The notes under the pieces: model-generated
Database searches by the model: none
Told to the model about the DNA's origin: nothing
The model's input: only the letters and a program-made list of their open reading frames with translations
Translations under genes and position numbers: made by a program
NCBI GenBank assembly: GCA_963663545.1
Contig: OY760505.1
Coordinates: forward strand, 1,024,001-1,088,000
DNA: 64,000 nt
Direction: 5' to 3'
DNA from: Candidatus Delongbacteria bacterium
Lineage (GTDB): Bacteria; CAIWAD01
In this document: positions 50,601 through 61,080 of the stretch, piece after piece
Position numbering within the stretch: position 1 is the stretch's first letter
Layout of the letters: every line of letters begins with the position of its first letter

Positions 50601-50758
50601 GAATTTCGCTCTCTCCCCGGCCCTGCAAGATGTAGCAGTAGCCACTAATCCCAAATGCGAAGCAGGAAGCTTGCTGCTTTCACATAGCTGTGAGACAGGG
50701 CTTCTCACTCTGCTAGCAAAGGAATGTATTCTGGTCTCAGTCGTGCCCTGCTCGTCTT

Positions 50759-51403
50759 CTAAATGTCAGCGGCATTGGGCTTTCTTCTAGGCAATGGACA
50801 CAGTAGAGCATCGCCATGCGGCGGCAAAGGGCTATGGGTCTTGAACCTCCGACCGCACTCCAGATAAGCCTCCATGGCCTCGCGATACCCAGCATTCCAG
50901 CCATGGCCGCCTTCTGCGAACGAAGACCAGGTCGGATGCGGCGTCAAGATGTTAGACCCCGCTTGCCCAGAGTTCACGCGATAGCTGCTCCACGCGTACA
51001 GCTCGGGATGCGAGACGATTGCCGAGCGCCAGGGGTTGGCTTCGATGTAAAAGGAAGTGGTATACAGGTGCTGATGGCTTCGAATAACAAGTGCGTAGTA
51101 TCTGCACCGCCACAATCGACCGCGGCGGTTGTAACGGCGATTGAAATAGCGTGCGTAACCGGCCTTAACATAAGCCATGAACTTCTGCACAGCTCCATCG
51201 ACCCGCCCAGTTAGAAAGAAATGGAAGTGGTTATCCATCAACACGTAAGTATGAAGTGAGACTTTCCAACGCTCGAGCTGCCTGTACGTATGTTGCAAGA
51301 ACCAGAATCGATCTGCATCATCCAGGAAGCACTTGCCATGATCAGCATGACTGGTTACGTGTTGAGTCACGCCTTTGTAATCCTCTCGGGGTTTGTAACT
51401 CAC
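50759..51403 (-). mobile_element. REP-associated tyrosine transposase-like HUH (Y1) protein
   Basis: YVLMDNHFH (HUH), YARYFNRRY.R.G.LW..RY, YIEANP (catalytic Tyr), YAWSSYR; probable GTG start with GAGGAGG RBS. Confidence 0.85.
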
Positions 51404-51569
51404 TGAATCCTCCTCTTCCACTGATTCCTCAACCCAAGTGCAATCGTGCTCATGATTGATCTGGTAAGACGACTCTTCATTCGATGAATCCAACACCATG
51501 ATCGTACAGCCGCCCACGAACTGCGTGCTCCCTGCCTAATCGAGCAGGGGGGTAAATCGCGATCCGATT

Positions 51570-53117
51570 TTAACCTGTAATACTTCGATCCAAACAGCGC
51601 AGACTGAGCGCTTCGGCCACGTGATCCACGCCAATACGTGCTTCTCCGCCAAGGTCTGCCAGAGTTCTGGCCACGCGCAGCACTCGATCCATTGCTCGCG
51701 CACTCAGCGCCAACCTTCCCGCCGCATCCGCGAGCAGTGCGCTTCCTCGCTCATCGCACTGACACCACTGGTTCAGGTGACGGCGTTTCAATCCTGCATT
51801 GTCATGCAGTTCGTCGTGTTCGCGGTATCTGTTCTGCTGCTGGACTCGCGCTCGAACAACTCGCTCTCGTACAACGGCCGAAGGCTCCCCGGCGGGTGCA
51901 TCCATCAGCTCGGAATAGGGTAGACTTGGTAGCTCCACGTGTAAATCAATGCGATCCAGAATCGGTCCGGAAATTCTCCCGCGGTAACGCTCGATGGCCT
52001 GTTCGCTACACCGACACATACGCCGCGGATCGCCAAGATTTCCACAAGGGCAGGGATTCATTGCGGCAACCAGCATGAACCGTGAAGGTAGATGCACACG
52101 CAGGCTGGCTCGCGAAACCAGCACCTCACCATCTTCCAAAGGCTGCCGCAATTGCTCGATCACACGTCGGCCGAACTCGGGAAACTCATCCAAGAAGAGC
52201 ACACCTCGGTGCGCCAGACTTATCTCGCCGATATGCGGCGGTCGCCCACTGCCAATCAACCCTGCATCGGAAATCGTAGCGTGCGGAGCTCGAAAGGGCC
52301 GGTCCACTAGTAGTGGTTGCTGATCACATAACAGCCCGGCCACGGAGTGAATACGACTTGCCTCCAAACGCTCTGCTGAATCCAAGGGCGGAAGAATTCC
52401 AGGCAGGCAGCGCGCAAGCAGTGTCTTCCCGGCACCCGGGGGTCCGATAAACAACAGATTGTGACCTCCTGCAGCAGCCACTTCCAGCGCTCGGCGGGCA
52501 AGTAGCTGTCCACGGACATCACGCATATCGCTCGCCTCCTGGCTGCGCAGGGACGCGTGTGATACAATCTCATCCAAGGGCTGGGGATCGTATACGGTTA
52601 GTGGGGCCTCGCCACTGAGGTGCTCCACCGCCTCCTTCAACGTGGCGGGTGCAACAATGGACACTTGGCTGCTGGCACGCGCCTCGGCAAGGTTGGGAAG
52701 TGGCACCATGATCTGCGTCAAAGGAGCCTTCGCCTCCGAGGCCAACGAAAGCACACCACGAGCCGCCAGCAACTCCCCATCCAGTCCGAGCTCCCCAAAC
52801 ATCAAGGTGTTTGCGAGCACCTGAGGATCGAGTTCACCACGTGCGGCAAGCATGCAAAGCGCAATAGGCAAATCGAATGCACTGCCTGATTTGCGTAGAT
52901 CACTGGGTACGAAGTTGATGGTGATCCGCTTTGTGAAGCGCATATCAAAGCCGGAAAGCCGTGCCGCACTGAACACACGGGAGATTCCCTCGCGCACTGC
53001 ACTATCTGGCAAGCCGGTCAAGGTGATCTTGGGCAGTCCGGATTCCGCGTGACACTGGACATCTACAGGCAATGCTTCGACCCCATGTAACACGGCTGTG
53101 TGAGTCTGTACGTACAT
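51570..53117 (-). CDS. comM: ComM/YifB Mg-chelatase-like AAA+ ATPase
   Basis: GLPDSAVRE, DLRKSGSAFDLPIA, GGHNLLFIGPPGAGKT, RPFRAPH, GEISLAHRGVLFLDE, AAMNPCPCG, RVARTLADL. Confidence 0.93.
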   Translation of the reverse strand: MYVQTHTAVLHGVEALPVDVQCHAESGLPKITLTGLPDSAVREGISRVFSAARLSGFDMRFTKRITINFVPSDLRKSGSAFDLPIALCMLAARGELDPQVLANTLMFGELGLDGELLAARGVLSLASEAKAPLTQIMVPLPNLAEARASSQVSIVAPATLKEAVEHLSGEAPLTVYDPQPLDEIVSHASLRSQEASDMRDVRGQLLARRALEVAAAGGHNLLFIGPPGAGKTLLARCLPGILPPLDSAERLEASRIHSVAGLLCDQQPLLVDRPFRAPHATISDAGLIGSGRPPHIGEISLAHRGVLFLDEFPEFGRRVIEQLRQPLEDGEVLVSRASLRVHLPSRFMLVAAMNPCPCGNLGDPRRMCRCSEQAIERYRGRISGPILDRIDLHVELPSLPYSELMDAPAGEPSAVVRERVVRARVQQQNRYREHDELHDNAGLKRRHLNQWCQCDERGSALLADAAGRLALSARAMDRVLRVARTLADLGGEARIGVDHVAEALSLRCLDRSITG

Positions 53118-53304
53118 TATTCCTCCACCGATTCTGACGATCAGATGAAGTCATGTACTACAGCATCACGCGCTGGTTCTGCGTTTTCGGGGCTCTTCTG
53201 CTCCTTCGCTCTCTGCTGTCTACAAGGGAGGACAGATTTGTGCTCTAACGGCTTTCGTGAACGGCCTGTGTTTTCGATGTTCATGCAAATTCATGGAGGA
53301 TACC

Positions 53305-54096
53305 GTGCGATATCGTTCTACCCTGCTGTGCCTACTATTGTGCTCTTCAGCACTTGTTGCGCAAATGCCCACGGGGAAAGTCCTTGGTGGCTTAAGTCTT
53401 GTATCACCGCTGTACGGATTGGATCACAATGAAGTTGTGATCAACGGAGTGAGCCACACCGATCGGGGGCCGATGTACGGTGCCTTCGCTCTTTGGACCA
53501 ATCAGCGCATCGCCATCAACAACATGCTCTTCTTCTCCGATGTAAATGGAACAGATATCGCGGGTGATGTGTTTTTTGCCAACTACTACCACAACCCAGA
53601 AGCAAGTGTCACATGGAATCTTGGACTGGGATGGGTCTGGCACAGCATTGACTCAGGTGATGTGACAATGCCCGTGGAATTCCCTGCGCAAGGACCACCT
53701 GTAATGGGCACGGTGGATTCACACATCAATATCAGTGCGCCGCTACCAAAGGCTGGTCTACTGCTGCGCTGGCCTGAAAAGGGTGTATCACTGAATCCGT
53801 ATCTGGCCTGGACGGAAGAGAACATCAACTTCGCCGATCAGCGTTTCTCTTTGGATCACGAAGACAGGGGCATGGTCTATGGTATCACCGCCAAATGGAA
53901 CTGGCGCTTCCTCTACTCCACGCTCAAGTACTACTACCAAACAGTAGACGGCTCTGGTGATCACTATCATGTGGCAAGGGTTCGCAACAGCGTCTTTCTG
54001 AATCACAGCTTTGGATTCACGACGCGTCTTGAGTACATGGAACATTCCACTTCGGATGATTTCAGCATCCTCTTTGGCCCCTGCATTTTATTCTAG
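53305..54096 (+). CDS. Hypothetical outer-membrane beta-barrel-like protein
   Basis: GGAGG RBS + GTG; signal peptide; alternating aromatic beta-strands; terminal Phe. Confidence 0.6.
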   Translation: MRYRSTLLCLLLCSSALVAQMPTGKVLGGLSLVSPLYGLDHNEVVINGVSHTDRGPMYGAFALWTNQRIAINNMLFFSDVNGTDIAGDVFFANYYHNPEASVTWNLGLGWVWHSIDSGDVTMPVEFPAQGPPVMGTVDSHINISAPLPKAGLLLRWPEKGVSLNPYLAWTEENINFADQRFSLDHEDRGMVYGITAKWNWRFLYSTLKYYYQTVDGSGDHYHVARVRNSVFLNHSFGFTTRLEYMEHSTSDDFSILFGPCILF

Positions 54097-54149
54097 GGTC
54101 TGATTGGACGAAGCAACTCTGTTGTGTATCACATCAGAAGGAGATCATC

Positions 54150-54701
54150 ATGCGCTTTCTGTTTGTCCTCATCGTGCTGTTAACAACGCACATTAGCCGT
54201 GCAAGCAACAATGAAGAATTGGCCGCGATGCTGACGGCTGATCAATCCTCTCGCTATTCAACAGAGGGCGCAAATCCACAGGAAGACCAGCAGCGTCGGG
54301 AGCGAGTCTTTCAGCTGTTGGCGGGAAACATGGTGATCACTCCCGCCGACAAACTGGCTGCCGCTGTCATTCTGCAGCATACTCCACTCTCGGTCTGCGA
54401 CGGGATTTTTGTATCACGCAGCGTCGAGAACTACCTACTGGCCAATGAGCTGGCTCGCGCCGCCTGGCTGGAAGGCGAAGAACGAGCGCAGCGTCTGATC
54501 GCTCAAACACTAGATCGCTACCTGGTATACACAGAGGGTAAGCAACGCTACGGCACTCAACGTTTCTGGGATGAAATCGAGCAGCAAGAGGTCCTGTATC
54601 CGATTGATCCTGCTACTACAGATTCAGCGCGTGTTGCACTCGGAATCGATTCGCTTTGTGTCCTTTTGCGCACATGGCCCATGAAGGAGGCACAGCCATG
54701 A
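54150..54701 (+). CDS. Secreted hypothetical protein (DUF6624-like)
   Basis: Signal peptide; M..ADQ..R, AVILQH and DRYLV..GKQRYGTQ motifs. Confidence 0.6.
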   Translation: MRFLFVLIVLLTTHISRASNNEELAAMLTADQSSRYSTEGANPQEDQQRRERVFQLLAGNMVITPADKLAAAVILQHTPLSVCDGIFVSRSVENYLLANELARAAWLEGEERAQRLIAQTLDRYLVYTEGKQRYGTQRFWDEIEQQEVLYPIDPATTDSARVALGIDSLCVLLRTWPMKEAQP

Positions 54702-55150
54702 CACGTCTCCACGCAGTTTTGCTGTCTGTTCTGCTCCTGTGCAGCTCATGCAAACGAGTGACTGTTGTTCAGACGTGGCCAACCCCCGAGGCATACGCGA
54801 TGTATCACGCAGGATTGAACGCCTTGCTATCCGAAGGATACACCTGTTCCCAGGACAGTCTCAGCTTGATTTGCACAACAGAGGGTCGAAGCATGGGCAA
54901 GGACCTAATGCAGAATGGTGGCGGTGAATGGGAGTTGGAAATGAGCTTCCGCTACCGGGTATTCCAGGCTGATGATTGTAGCGCATCCTGGGAGCTGCTT
55001 CCAGATGTGTTTGGAACTACAATGCTCGTATCACGCAGGCGCCAAGATGTGCATCAGTTCAGTATTACCCACCAGGAATACCAGCGAGTCCTGGGGAAAA
55101 TCAACCTAGCGGTATCACGAAGCCGCCTTACTCCTCGGCATCCAAAGTAA
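54698..55150 (+). CDS. Hypothetical lipoprotein
   Basis: AAGGAGG RBS, ATGA overlap with the previous gene, hydrophobic leader ending LLCSSC. Confidence 0.55.
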   Translation: MTRLHAVLLSVLLLCSSCKRVTVVQTWPTPEAYAMYHAGLNALLSEGYTCSQDSLSLICTTEGRSMGKDLMQNGGGEWELEMSFRYRVFQADDCSASWELLPDVFGTTMLVSRRRQDVHQFSITHQEYQRVLGKINLAVSRSRLTPRHPK

Positions 55151-55910
55151 GGTCAACACCTAGAAACCGATCCCACAGCTGATCAAGCACAGCAGATGCC
55201 GATCCACGCAAGCACTGATGAAAGAAGGGCGACAGATCCGTTGTTTCCGGATTCACTTCAACACAGAAACCACCCTGTTGTATCACGCGAAACACGGGTT
55301 CGGTGACGTAGGGAAATTGACTGCTAGTGCCTATGCTTAGGCAAAGATCCACTCCCCCTTCGAGAAAGCGCTCCAGCGCCGCAATGGCCTCCAGATTCAC
55401 CTTTTCTCCAAACAACACAACCGTTGGCCGTAACACACCCCCACAGGAATCACAGCGCGGTGGTAAAACCTCCTCGATTCGCTCTGGGGCTGGTGTGACA
55501 CTTCCGCATGCAAGGCAGCGTCGCTGCGCCAACGAACCATGGACCTCCGCCACCATTCGACTTCCGGCCTTACAATGCAAACCATCCACATTCTGTGTGA
55601 ACACCAGCATTTCACCGAAAAAGCGCTCCATCTCCTGCAGCACCTGATGGCCACGGTTGAAATCGGCGTGCTCTGCCGCTCGACTAATTTGAGTCAGAAT
55701 GCGCCATATCAACTCGGGGTTGCGTTGCAGCATCTCACCGGAAAGAGCTTGCTCAATGGGCGTTCCATCATCACAAGCTGCATCGTGATACAATCCACCA
55801 AATCCACGATACACGGGCAGGCCTGAGTCAGCTGATAAACCAGCACCGGTAATCACGAGCACGCGCTTTGCCGTTGCCATTCGCTGGCAAACGGCTTCGA
55901 TTCCTGTCAC
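55128..55910 (-). CDS. Sir2/CobB NAD-dependent protein deacylase
   Basis: TGAGLSADSGLP.YRG, TQNVDGLH, EVHGS, two CxxC, RPTVVLFGE, IGTS. Confidence 0.9.
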   Translation of the reverse strand: MTGIEAVCQRMATAKRVLVITGAGLSADSGLPVYRGFGGLYHDAACDDGTPIEQALSGEMLQRNPELIWRILTQISRAAEHADFNRGHQVLQEMERFFGEMLVFTQNVDGLHCKAGSRMVAEVHGSLAQRRCLACGSVTPAPERIEEVLPPRCDSCGGVLRPTVVLFGEKVNLEAIAALERFLEGGVDLCLSIGTSSQFPYVTEPVFRVIQQGGFCVEVNPETTDLSPFFHQCLRGSASAVLDQLWDRFLGVDLTLDAEE

Positions 55911-56638
55911 TCGTCTTCCTCCAAAGCACCATGCAGGCGGGTCGGAAGCATCTCTAGCAGCGGTGCAGCTTGTTCAACCTGAATGCGTTGTCCACCCACA
56001 ACAGAGCCGAACTCCAGTCGATGCGCGAACAAGCCTATTCTGCCATCCGGAAGGGTTTCGCCGGATCCATAGCGCAAGTCGCCCAGAATGGGGTGCCCTA
56101 TGGCAGCGAGCTGAGCACGAATCTGATGTGGACGGCCGGTTTCGAGTTGTACTTCAAGAATACTGACCTCGCCAAGGCATCGTGACACAGTGTAGCTGAG
56201 AACAGCTGGAGCATAGTCACCCCCCGCTGTATCACGAATCAGAACCGTACTCTGCCCCTTCGGTTTGAAAATGCCGTGTTCCAACCGTTGCGTCAGGTTT
56301 TCCGGGCAGCCTTTTACAACTGCCGTGTAGGTTTTGCGTACCGTGCGGCGCTGGAATTGACGCGACAGCCTGGCGGCCGCCTTGCTGTTGCGCGCCATCA
56401 GAACCAGGCCACCAACCGGACGATCAAGTCGGTGAACCAACCCGATATAGGCCTTTCCGGGCTTGTCGAAGCGTAGGCGAATGTACTCGCGAACCAGCTC
56501 TTCCAGACTAGGGTCTCCAGTTTCATCACTGTGTACCAGCATGCCAAAAGGCTTTGCCACGACCAGACAATGGCTATCTTCATAGCAGAGCAGCGACTGA
56601 ATCAGGATGGCCGCATTCACAGGTTCGACCTCGCTCAC
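55907..56638 (-). CDS. RluA-family RNA pseudouridine synthase
   Basis: VHRLDRPVGGL, LETGRPHQIRAQL, HPILGDLRYG. Confidence 0.9.
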   Translation of the reverse strand: MSEVEPVNAAILIQSLLCYEDSHCLVVAKPFGMLVHSDETGDPSLEELVREYIRLRFDKPGKAYIGLVHRLDRPVGGLVLMARNSKAAARLSRQFQRRTVRKTYTAVVKGCPENLTQRLEHGIFKPKGQSTVLIRDTAGGDYAPAVLSYTVSRCLGEVSILEVQLETGRPHQIRAQLAAIGHPILGDLRYGSGETLPDGRIGLFAHRLEFGSVVGGQRIQVEQAAPLLEMLPTRLHGALEEDE

Positions 56639-57549
56639 GTTGTGATACTCGATGTGGGGCTAAAGGGCGCTCCGTCAGGAATCCAACGGGCGAAAACACT
56701 ACAAGGGAGAATCCTGCTGCTCTTACCCGGCATTGCTGTCTCACGCAGTTGCAATTCCCCCAGCTCAATTTCACCACCCCGTGTTACATCGGCGAGCATA
56801 TTGCCCATCACGGTAGCTGAGAAGCCGAGCGAGTAGGCATTCATCATCAGAAAAAGCGGTGTATCACTCAGCAGGTCTGCGCAGGCTTTCAGTAACGGGG
56901 CAACGTGTTCCTCAAAACGAAACACTTTGCCCTGGGGATCGCGACCATAGGCGGGCGGGTCCAGCAGAATGCCGTCGTAGCGGCGTCCACGCCTTAGCTC
57001 GCGCCGGGCAAAGGCTAGACAATCGTCGACGATCCAGCGAATCGGGCGGTCTTCAAGACCCGAGTCCACCTGATTCTCCCGCGCCCAGTCGACGACATCC
57101 TTCGAGGCATCCACGTGACACACATTAGCTCCTGCCGCAGCCGCAACAAGCGAAGCGACACCCGTGTAGGCGAAAAGACTGAGGACATTACATCGGCCTG
57201 CACGAGGAGCAATACTCTGCTCCAGCCAACGCCAATTCGCATCGTGTTCGGGAAAAATGCCGGTATGTTTGAAAGACGTTAGCCGACAACGAAAGGACAG
57301 AGGCCCGCGCCGCAGGGTCCACCATTCTGGAATATCGCTCCGGTTCTCCCAGTGACTCGTACCAAAGCGCTTTTCGCGATGGAACCAGGCGTCGGCTCGT
57401 TCCCATTCCTTTTGGCTTAAACGCCTGGACCACAAGGCGTTGGGATCGGGGCGCGCCAATAGAAACTCACCAAATCGCTCGAGGCGGTATCCATCTCCAC
57501 TATCCAGTAATTGGTGCTCTTGCAAACATCCTTCATGGAATCGAATCAT
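56635..57549 (-). CDS. SAM-dependent methyltransferase (RlmI/RlmK-like rRNA methylase family)
   Basis: LLDSGDGYRLERFG, FKHTGIFPE, LSLFAYTG, HVDASK, YDGILLDPP. Confidence 0.85.
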   Translation of the reverse strand: MIRFHEGCLQEHQLLDSGDGYRLERFGEFLLARPDPNALWSRRLSQKEWERADAWFHREKRFGTSHWENRSDIPEWWTLRRGPLSFRCRLTSFKHTGIFPEHDANWRWLEQSIAPRAGRCNVLSLFAYTGVASLVAAAAGANVCHVDASKDVVDWARENQVDSGLEDRPIRWIVDDCLAFARRELRRGRRYDGILLDPPAYGRDPQGKVFRFEEHVAPLLKACADLLSDTPLFLMMNAYSLGFSATVMGNMLADVTRGGEIELGELQLRETAMPGKSSRILPCSVFARWIPDGAPFSPTSSITT

Positions 57550-57703
57550 CTAACACTCCCCATGGGAAGGTTTTTTATACTGTCCGCTGAAACCGTATCG
57601 CATCCCGTCGGTTTTGCCTGGCCGCAAAGGACCTTGAGGGAGAGGCCACGCGGCCCATCCAATCACCAATTTGACAAAGAAGAGGAAGAGCATGACAGGA
57701 GTT

Positions 57704-60004
57704 ATGCGTCTGGCTCTATTGCTGTTGCTGTCGGCACCGGCATGGGCCTCCCGCATCCATGGATACGTGTTGGAGGCTGGTAGCGATGAGCCGCTGATCG
57801 GCGCCAATGTGATGATCCAGGGTGAAGCACTAGGAGCGGCCTCCAATCTGGACGGCTACTTCGTCATTGTAGGCGTCGAACCCGGCCGGTACGAACTGAG
57901 CGCCAGTTACCAGGGTTACCGCAGCGCAACAGAGTCTATCGTTGTAGTACGCGATCTGGACACACGCATCAACCTTCATCTCGAGGAAGGCACCATTCGC
58001 CTCGAAGAGGTTGTAGTGACGGCAGAGCAGACGGAGCGTGAACTGCAGCAGACCGAAGTCTACGCTGGCAAAGTACGCCTGGACCGCCGCCAGATGGAGC
58101 TGGCGCCGCCTATGATCGAGCGCGATGTCTTTCGTGCCTTTCAAACGGTACCTGGCGTACTACCCAGCAATGACTTCTCAAGCGACTTGAATGTGAGAGG
58201 CAGCCGGGCCAACGAGAATTTGATTCTGCTGGACGGCGTGGAAGTCTACAATCCGAATCATCTGGGCGGCATGTTCTCAGCCTTTATTCCCAGCGCGGTG
58301 AAGCACGCTGATCTGCTGCGCTCCGGCTGGTCTGCCGTCTATGGTGGCCGCACCGGCGCGGTGTTCAACGTGACCAACCGCGAGGGCAATCACAACCAAC
58401 TGGATGCGGAACTCACGCTGGGAGCTCTGTCGACGAGTGCCTGTTTGAGCGCGCCTGTTCCCGGGCTGAAGAACAGCTCCTGGTTGCTGGCTGGACGCCG
58501 CTCCTACATTGATCTGGCCACCAAGGCCTTTACCGAAGAAGAGATGCCCTATTTCTTTACCGATGCGCAAGGGCGCTTCAATTGGGACCCGGGCATCAAC
58601 GACCGCATTTCCTTCACGGGCTACTACGGCGAGGATGTATTCAGCTCGGGCGCACTCGATTTCCGCTTCGGCAATCAAGCCGGTAATCTGAACTGGCGCC
58701 ACATCTGGAACAGCAAGTGGTACACGCGCGCCATTGTATCACACACGAGGTTCCGCAGCATTTTCGACGCTGGCGGCAAGGACATCATGTTCGAGGAGAC
58801 CTACATCCGCGACTGGTCGCTAAAGCTGCTGATGGAGTATCACCCCAATCCGCAACTGAGCGCGGAAATGGGTGTGAGTCTGAAGAACACCATCAACGGT
58901 TACGAAGCCTGGATCGCCAACACGCCCAACTGGGATGTAACGATGCGCATGGCTGAAACAGCCGGCTACGTCAGTGCGTCGTGGGAACCTCACCCGCTGG
59001 TTTTGATCGAGCCGGGTTTGCGTGTGACACAATTCGCCAGCAATTACATCTTTCGTGATGCAACCACACATCTGCGCTGGGAACCACGTCTGGGCACCAA
59101 GGTCTATCTGACTGACTGGGTTCGACTGAAGGCGGCATGGGGTTTGTATCACCAGGGTATCAACCAGTACAAGCGAGACGGAAGTAGTTTCGACTACGTG
59201 TGGATTGTGATGGACGAGACCGGATCTCCCACGCGCGCCAGCCACAGCAGTCTTGGCCTGGAAATGGACCTGCCTGGCCAGACGGCCTTTGAGATCGAGG
59301 CGTACTACAAAGAAGTCAGCAACGTTGCCGAGGGTAAGCCCATTGCACAGCACGAAGCCGACGATCCTTCCAGTAACAGCGACATTTTCTGGTACGGCCT
59401 GGGCAAGGCCATGGGCATGGACCTCAGCTTGAAGCGCACCGAAGGCCTGTGGACGGGATCGCTTGGCTACAGTCTGGGGTGGGCCTGGCGTGAGTTGGAC
59501 GAGCTTAACGAAGGCGAATCTTTCTACGCCAGCTATGACAAGCGCCACAACATGAACATGGTACTCAACCGCAATTTCCTGCTGGCCAAAGAACACGCTT
59601 GGCCCTGCCGCTGGGTGCCCTTCTTCAAATATGAGCAGACTTCGCTTTCACTGACAACGCGCTTCGCCAGTGGCCCGCGTTACAGCGAACCCGTCAGCGG
59701 AATCTATCTGGGCGAGGATGGCATTTCTAACGGCGAAGCACAGCGCGCCTATTGGGGGTCCCGCAATGGCGCCAGCCTGCCCGCATACAACCGCGTGGAC
59801 ATTGCCTGGAAGATGATTCGCCACAAGAAGGACTTCGTTTTTGAAATGAGCATTGGCGTGCTGAACCTGTTCAACAGCCCCAACTACTACGGCATCAACT
59901 ACACGACGTCCGATGAGAATACCGGCAGCACGATTCCCGTGGCAGAACGCGAGCGCGGAGTCGCCCGCATGCCCAGCCTGGAGTTGACTTGGAGGTTCCG
60001 CTAA
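57704..60004 (+). CDS. TonB-dependent receptor with N-terminal carboxypeptidase-regulatory-like domain
   Basis: EPLIGANV...GAASNLDGYF; plug VPGV...LNVRG...NLILLDG...YNPNH; LPAYNRVD; NLFN. Confidence 0.88.
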   Translation: MRLALLLLLSAPAWASRIHGYVLEAGSDEPLIGANVMIQGEALGAASNLDGYFVIVGVEPGRYELSASYQGYRSATESIVVVRDLDTRINLHLEEGTIRLEEVVVTAEQTERELQQTEVYAGKVRLDRRQMELAPPMIERDVFRAFQTVPGVLPSNDFSSDLNVRGSRANENLILLDGVEVYNPNHLGGMFSAFIPSAVKHADLLRSGWSAVYGGRTGAVFNVTNREGNHNQLDAELTLGALSTSACLSAPVPGLKNSSWLLAGRRSYIDLATKAFTEEEMPYFFTDAQGRFNWDPGINDRISFTGYYGEDVFSSGALDFRFGNQAGNLNWRHIWNSKWYTRAIVSHTRFRSIFDAGGKDIMFEETYIRDWSLKLLMEYHPNPQLSAEMGVSLKNTINGYEAWIANTPNWDVTMRMAETAGYVSASWEPHPLVLIEPGLRVTQFASNYIFRDATTHLRWEPRLGTKVYLTDWVRLKAAWGLYHQGINQYKRDGSSFDYVWIVMDETGSPTRASHSSLGLEMDLPGQTAFEIEAYYKEVSNVAEGKPIAQHEADDPSSNSDIFWYGLGKAMGMDLSLKRTEGLWTGSLGYSLGWAWRELDELNEGESFYASYDKRHNMNMVLNRNFLLAKEHAWPCRWVPFFKYEQTSLSLTTRFASGPRYSEPVSGIYLGEDGISNGEAQRAYWGSRNGASLPAYNRVDIAWKMIRHKKDFVFEMSIGVLNLFNSPNYYGINYTTSDENTGSTIPVAERERGVARMPSLELTWRFR

Positions 60005-60966
60005 TGAAGAAAGCCATACTACTTCTGCCACTCTTCGGCCTGGTGATGAGTGCCTGCGACAGTCTACCGGATGAGGATGCTAATCGTAGCGAGCGGGTTC
60101 TGTTGATTGCCGACCTCAACCCGGGTAACACGGGTTTGCAGGAAGTTCATCTATCCAAGCCGATCCCCATCGGTGACGAGATGATCTGGGCCACCTGTCA
60201 TCTCTCCGGTGCAGAGGTCCACATCTGGAATCAAACGGGTGATACACTGCTTGTTCCTGAGCTTGCAGATGAGTATCGCTACGGTTTTGATCGCAGCCTG
60301 TTTCCGCTGGTTCCCGGTGACACAATTACAGTTGGAGTTGTGGCGAGCTGGTCGGGCAAGCACATAGAAGGGTCCGGTACAACCCGCATTGTATCACCGG
60401 ACGATTTCGAGTTCACCGAAAAGCCGGGCGAGTTCAGTAGCGAGCTACAAGCGGATACGCTGATGTTCTTCGATGAAGAGTGGGAGTCAGGCTACAACGA
60501 AGTAACCGCCTTCTTTGTCGACTGGTTGGATCACCCTATCGACGTGTATCATTACCAGTTGGAAGTGAGCGCCATCTGCCACACAGACGAAGGTACGATT
60601 ACTCTGCCCTTCGAACGCCGCCATTGGCTGCGTGACGACGAGGAGCTTTCCTTCCAATTCTTCAACACCGTCAATCCGCGTTCAATGCCGGCCGCCTATG
60701 CCGGCGCGCAGAATGTCAGCTGGCTATGGTTCAACATGGTCGATGATAGTCTGCGCTACGCCGAGGACACTGAACGCCGCATGGGCTACTATCGCATAGC
60801 CATCCGTCGCTTCGATGAAATCAGCTCGGCCTACTACTACAGCACACACGAATGGAGCCCCTACGAAGACGACCAGATCCAGTGGACGATGAGCGGTGAG
60901 AACCTGCAGGGAATTGTGAGCAGCAGTGCAAGCATTTCCTTTGACGTGCTCATCATCGACGACTGA
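60004..60966 (+). CDS. Lipoprotein partner of the TonB receptor (DUF4249-like)
   Basis: Lipobox MSAC; TAATG translational coupling to the receptor. Confidence 0.7.
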   Translation: MKKAILLLPLFGLVMSACDSLPDEDANRSERVLLIADLNPGNTGLQEVHLSKPIPIGDEMIWATCHLSGAEVHIWNQTGDTLLVPELADEYRYGFDRSLFPLVPGDTITVGVVASWSGKHIEGSGTTRIVSPDDFEFTEKPGEFSSELQADTLMFFDEEWESGYNEVTAFFVDWLDHPIDVYHYQLEVSAICHTDEGTITLPFERRHWLRDDEELSFQFFNTVNPRSMPAAYAGAQNVSWLWFNMVDDSLRYAEDTERRMGYYRIAIRRFDEISSAYYYSTHEWSPYEDDQIQWTMSGENLQGIVSSSASISFDVLIIDD

Positions 60967-60988
60967 TCTCTGGCTCAGCCTCCAATTC

Positions 60989-61018
60989 AAGCGCCGCCTT
61001 TGGGCGGCGTTTTCTTTG
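60989..61018 (+). terminator. Rho-independent terminator
   Basis: AAGCGCCGCC-tttg-GGCGGCGTTT-TCTTT. Confidence 0.8.
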
Positions 61019-61080
61019 GAACTTATGGTGAAGAACTGCACTATCTTGGATCTTAGTCTGTCAAAACTTATTTAGGCACC

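Noticed and set aside
51404..51517. Acidic N-terminal extension on the RAYT protein
   Set aside because: ORF-caller over-extension; the RBS and family start pattern point to GTG at 51403
51570..53117. comM interrupted by a mobile element
   Set aside because: The ORF is full length (515 aa); the RAYT gene lies downstream of its stop
55128..55910. Sir2 as an anti-phage defence gene
   Set aside because: Zn-binding CobB-type housekeeping sirtuin in an operon with RNA-modification genes; no defence partner
31661..61018. Similar hairpins GCGCCGCCTTYGGGCGG at 31663 and 60991 as a REP family
   Set aside because: Only two copies, both directly after stop codons with U tails; ordinary terminators explain them
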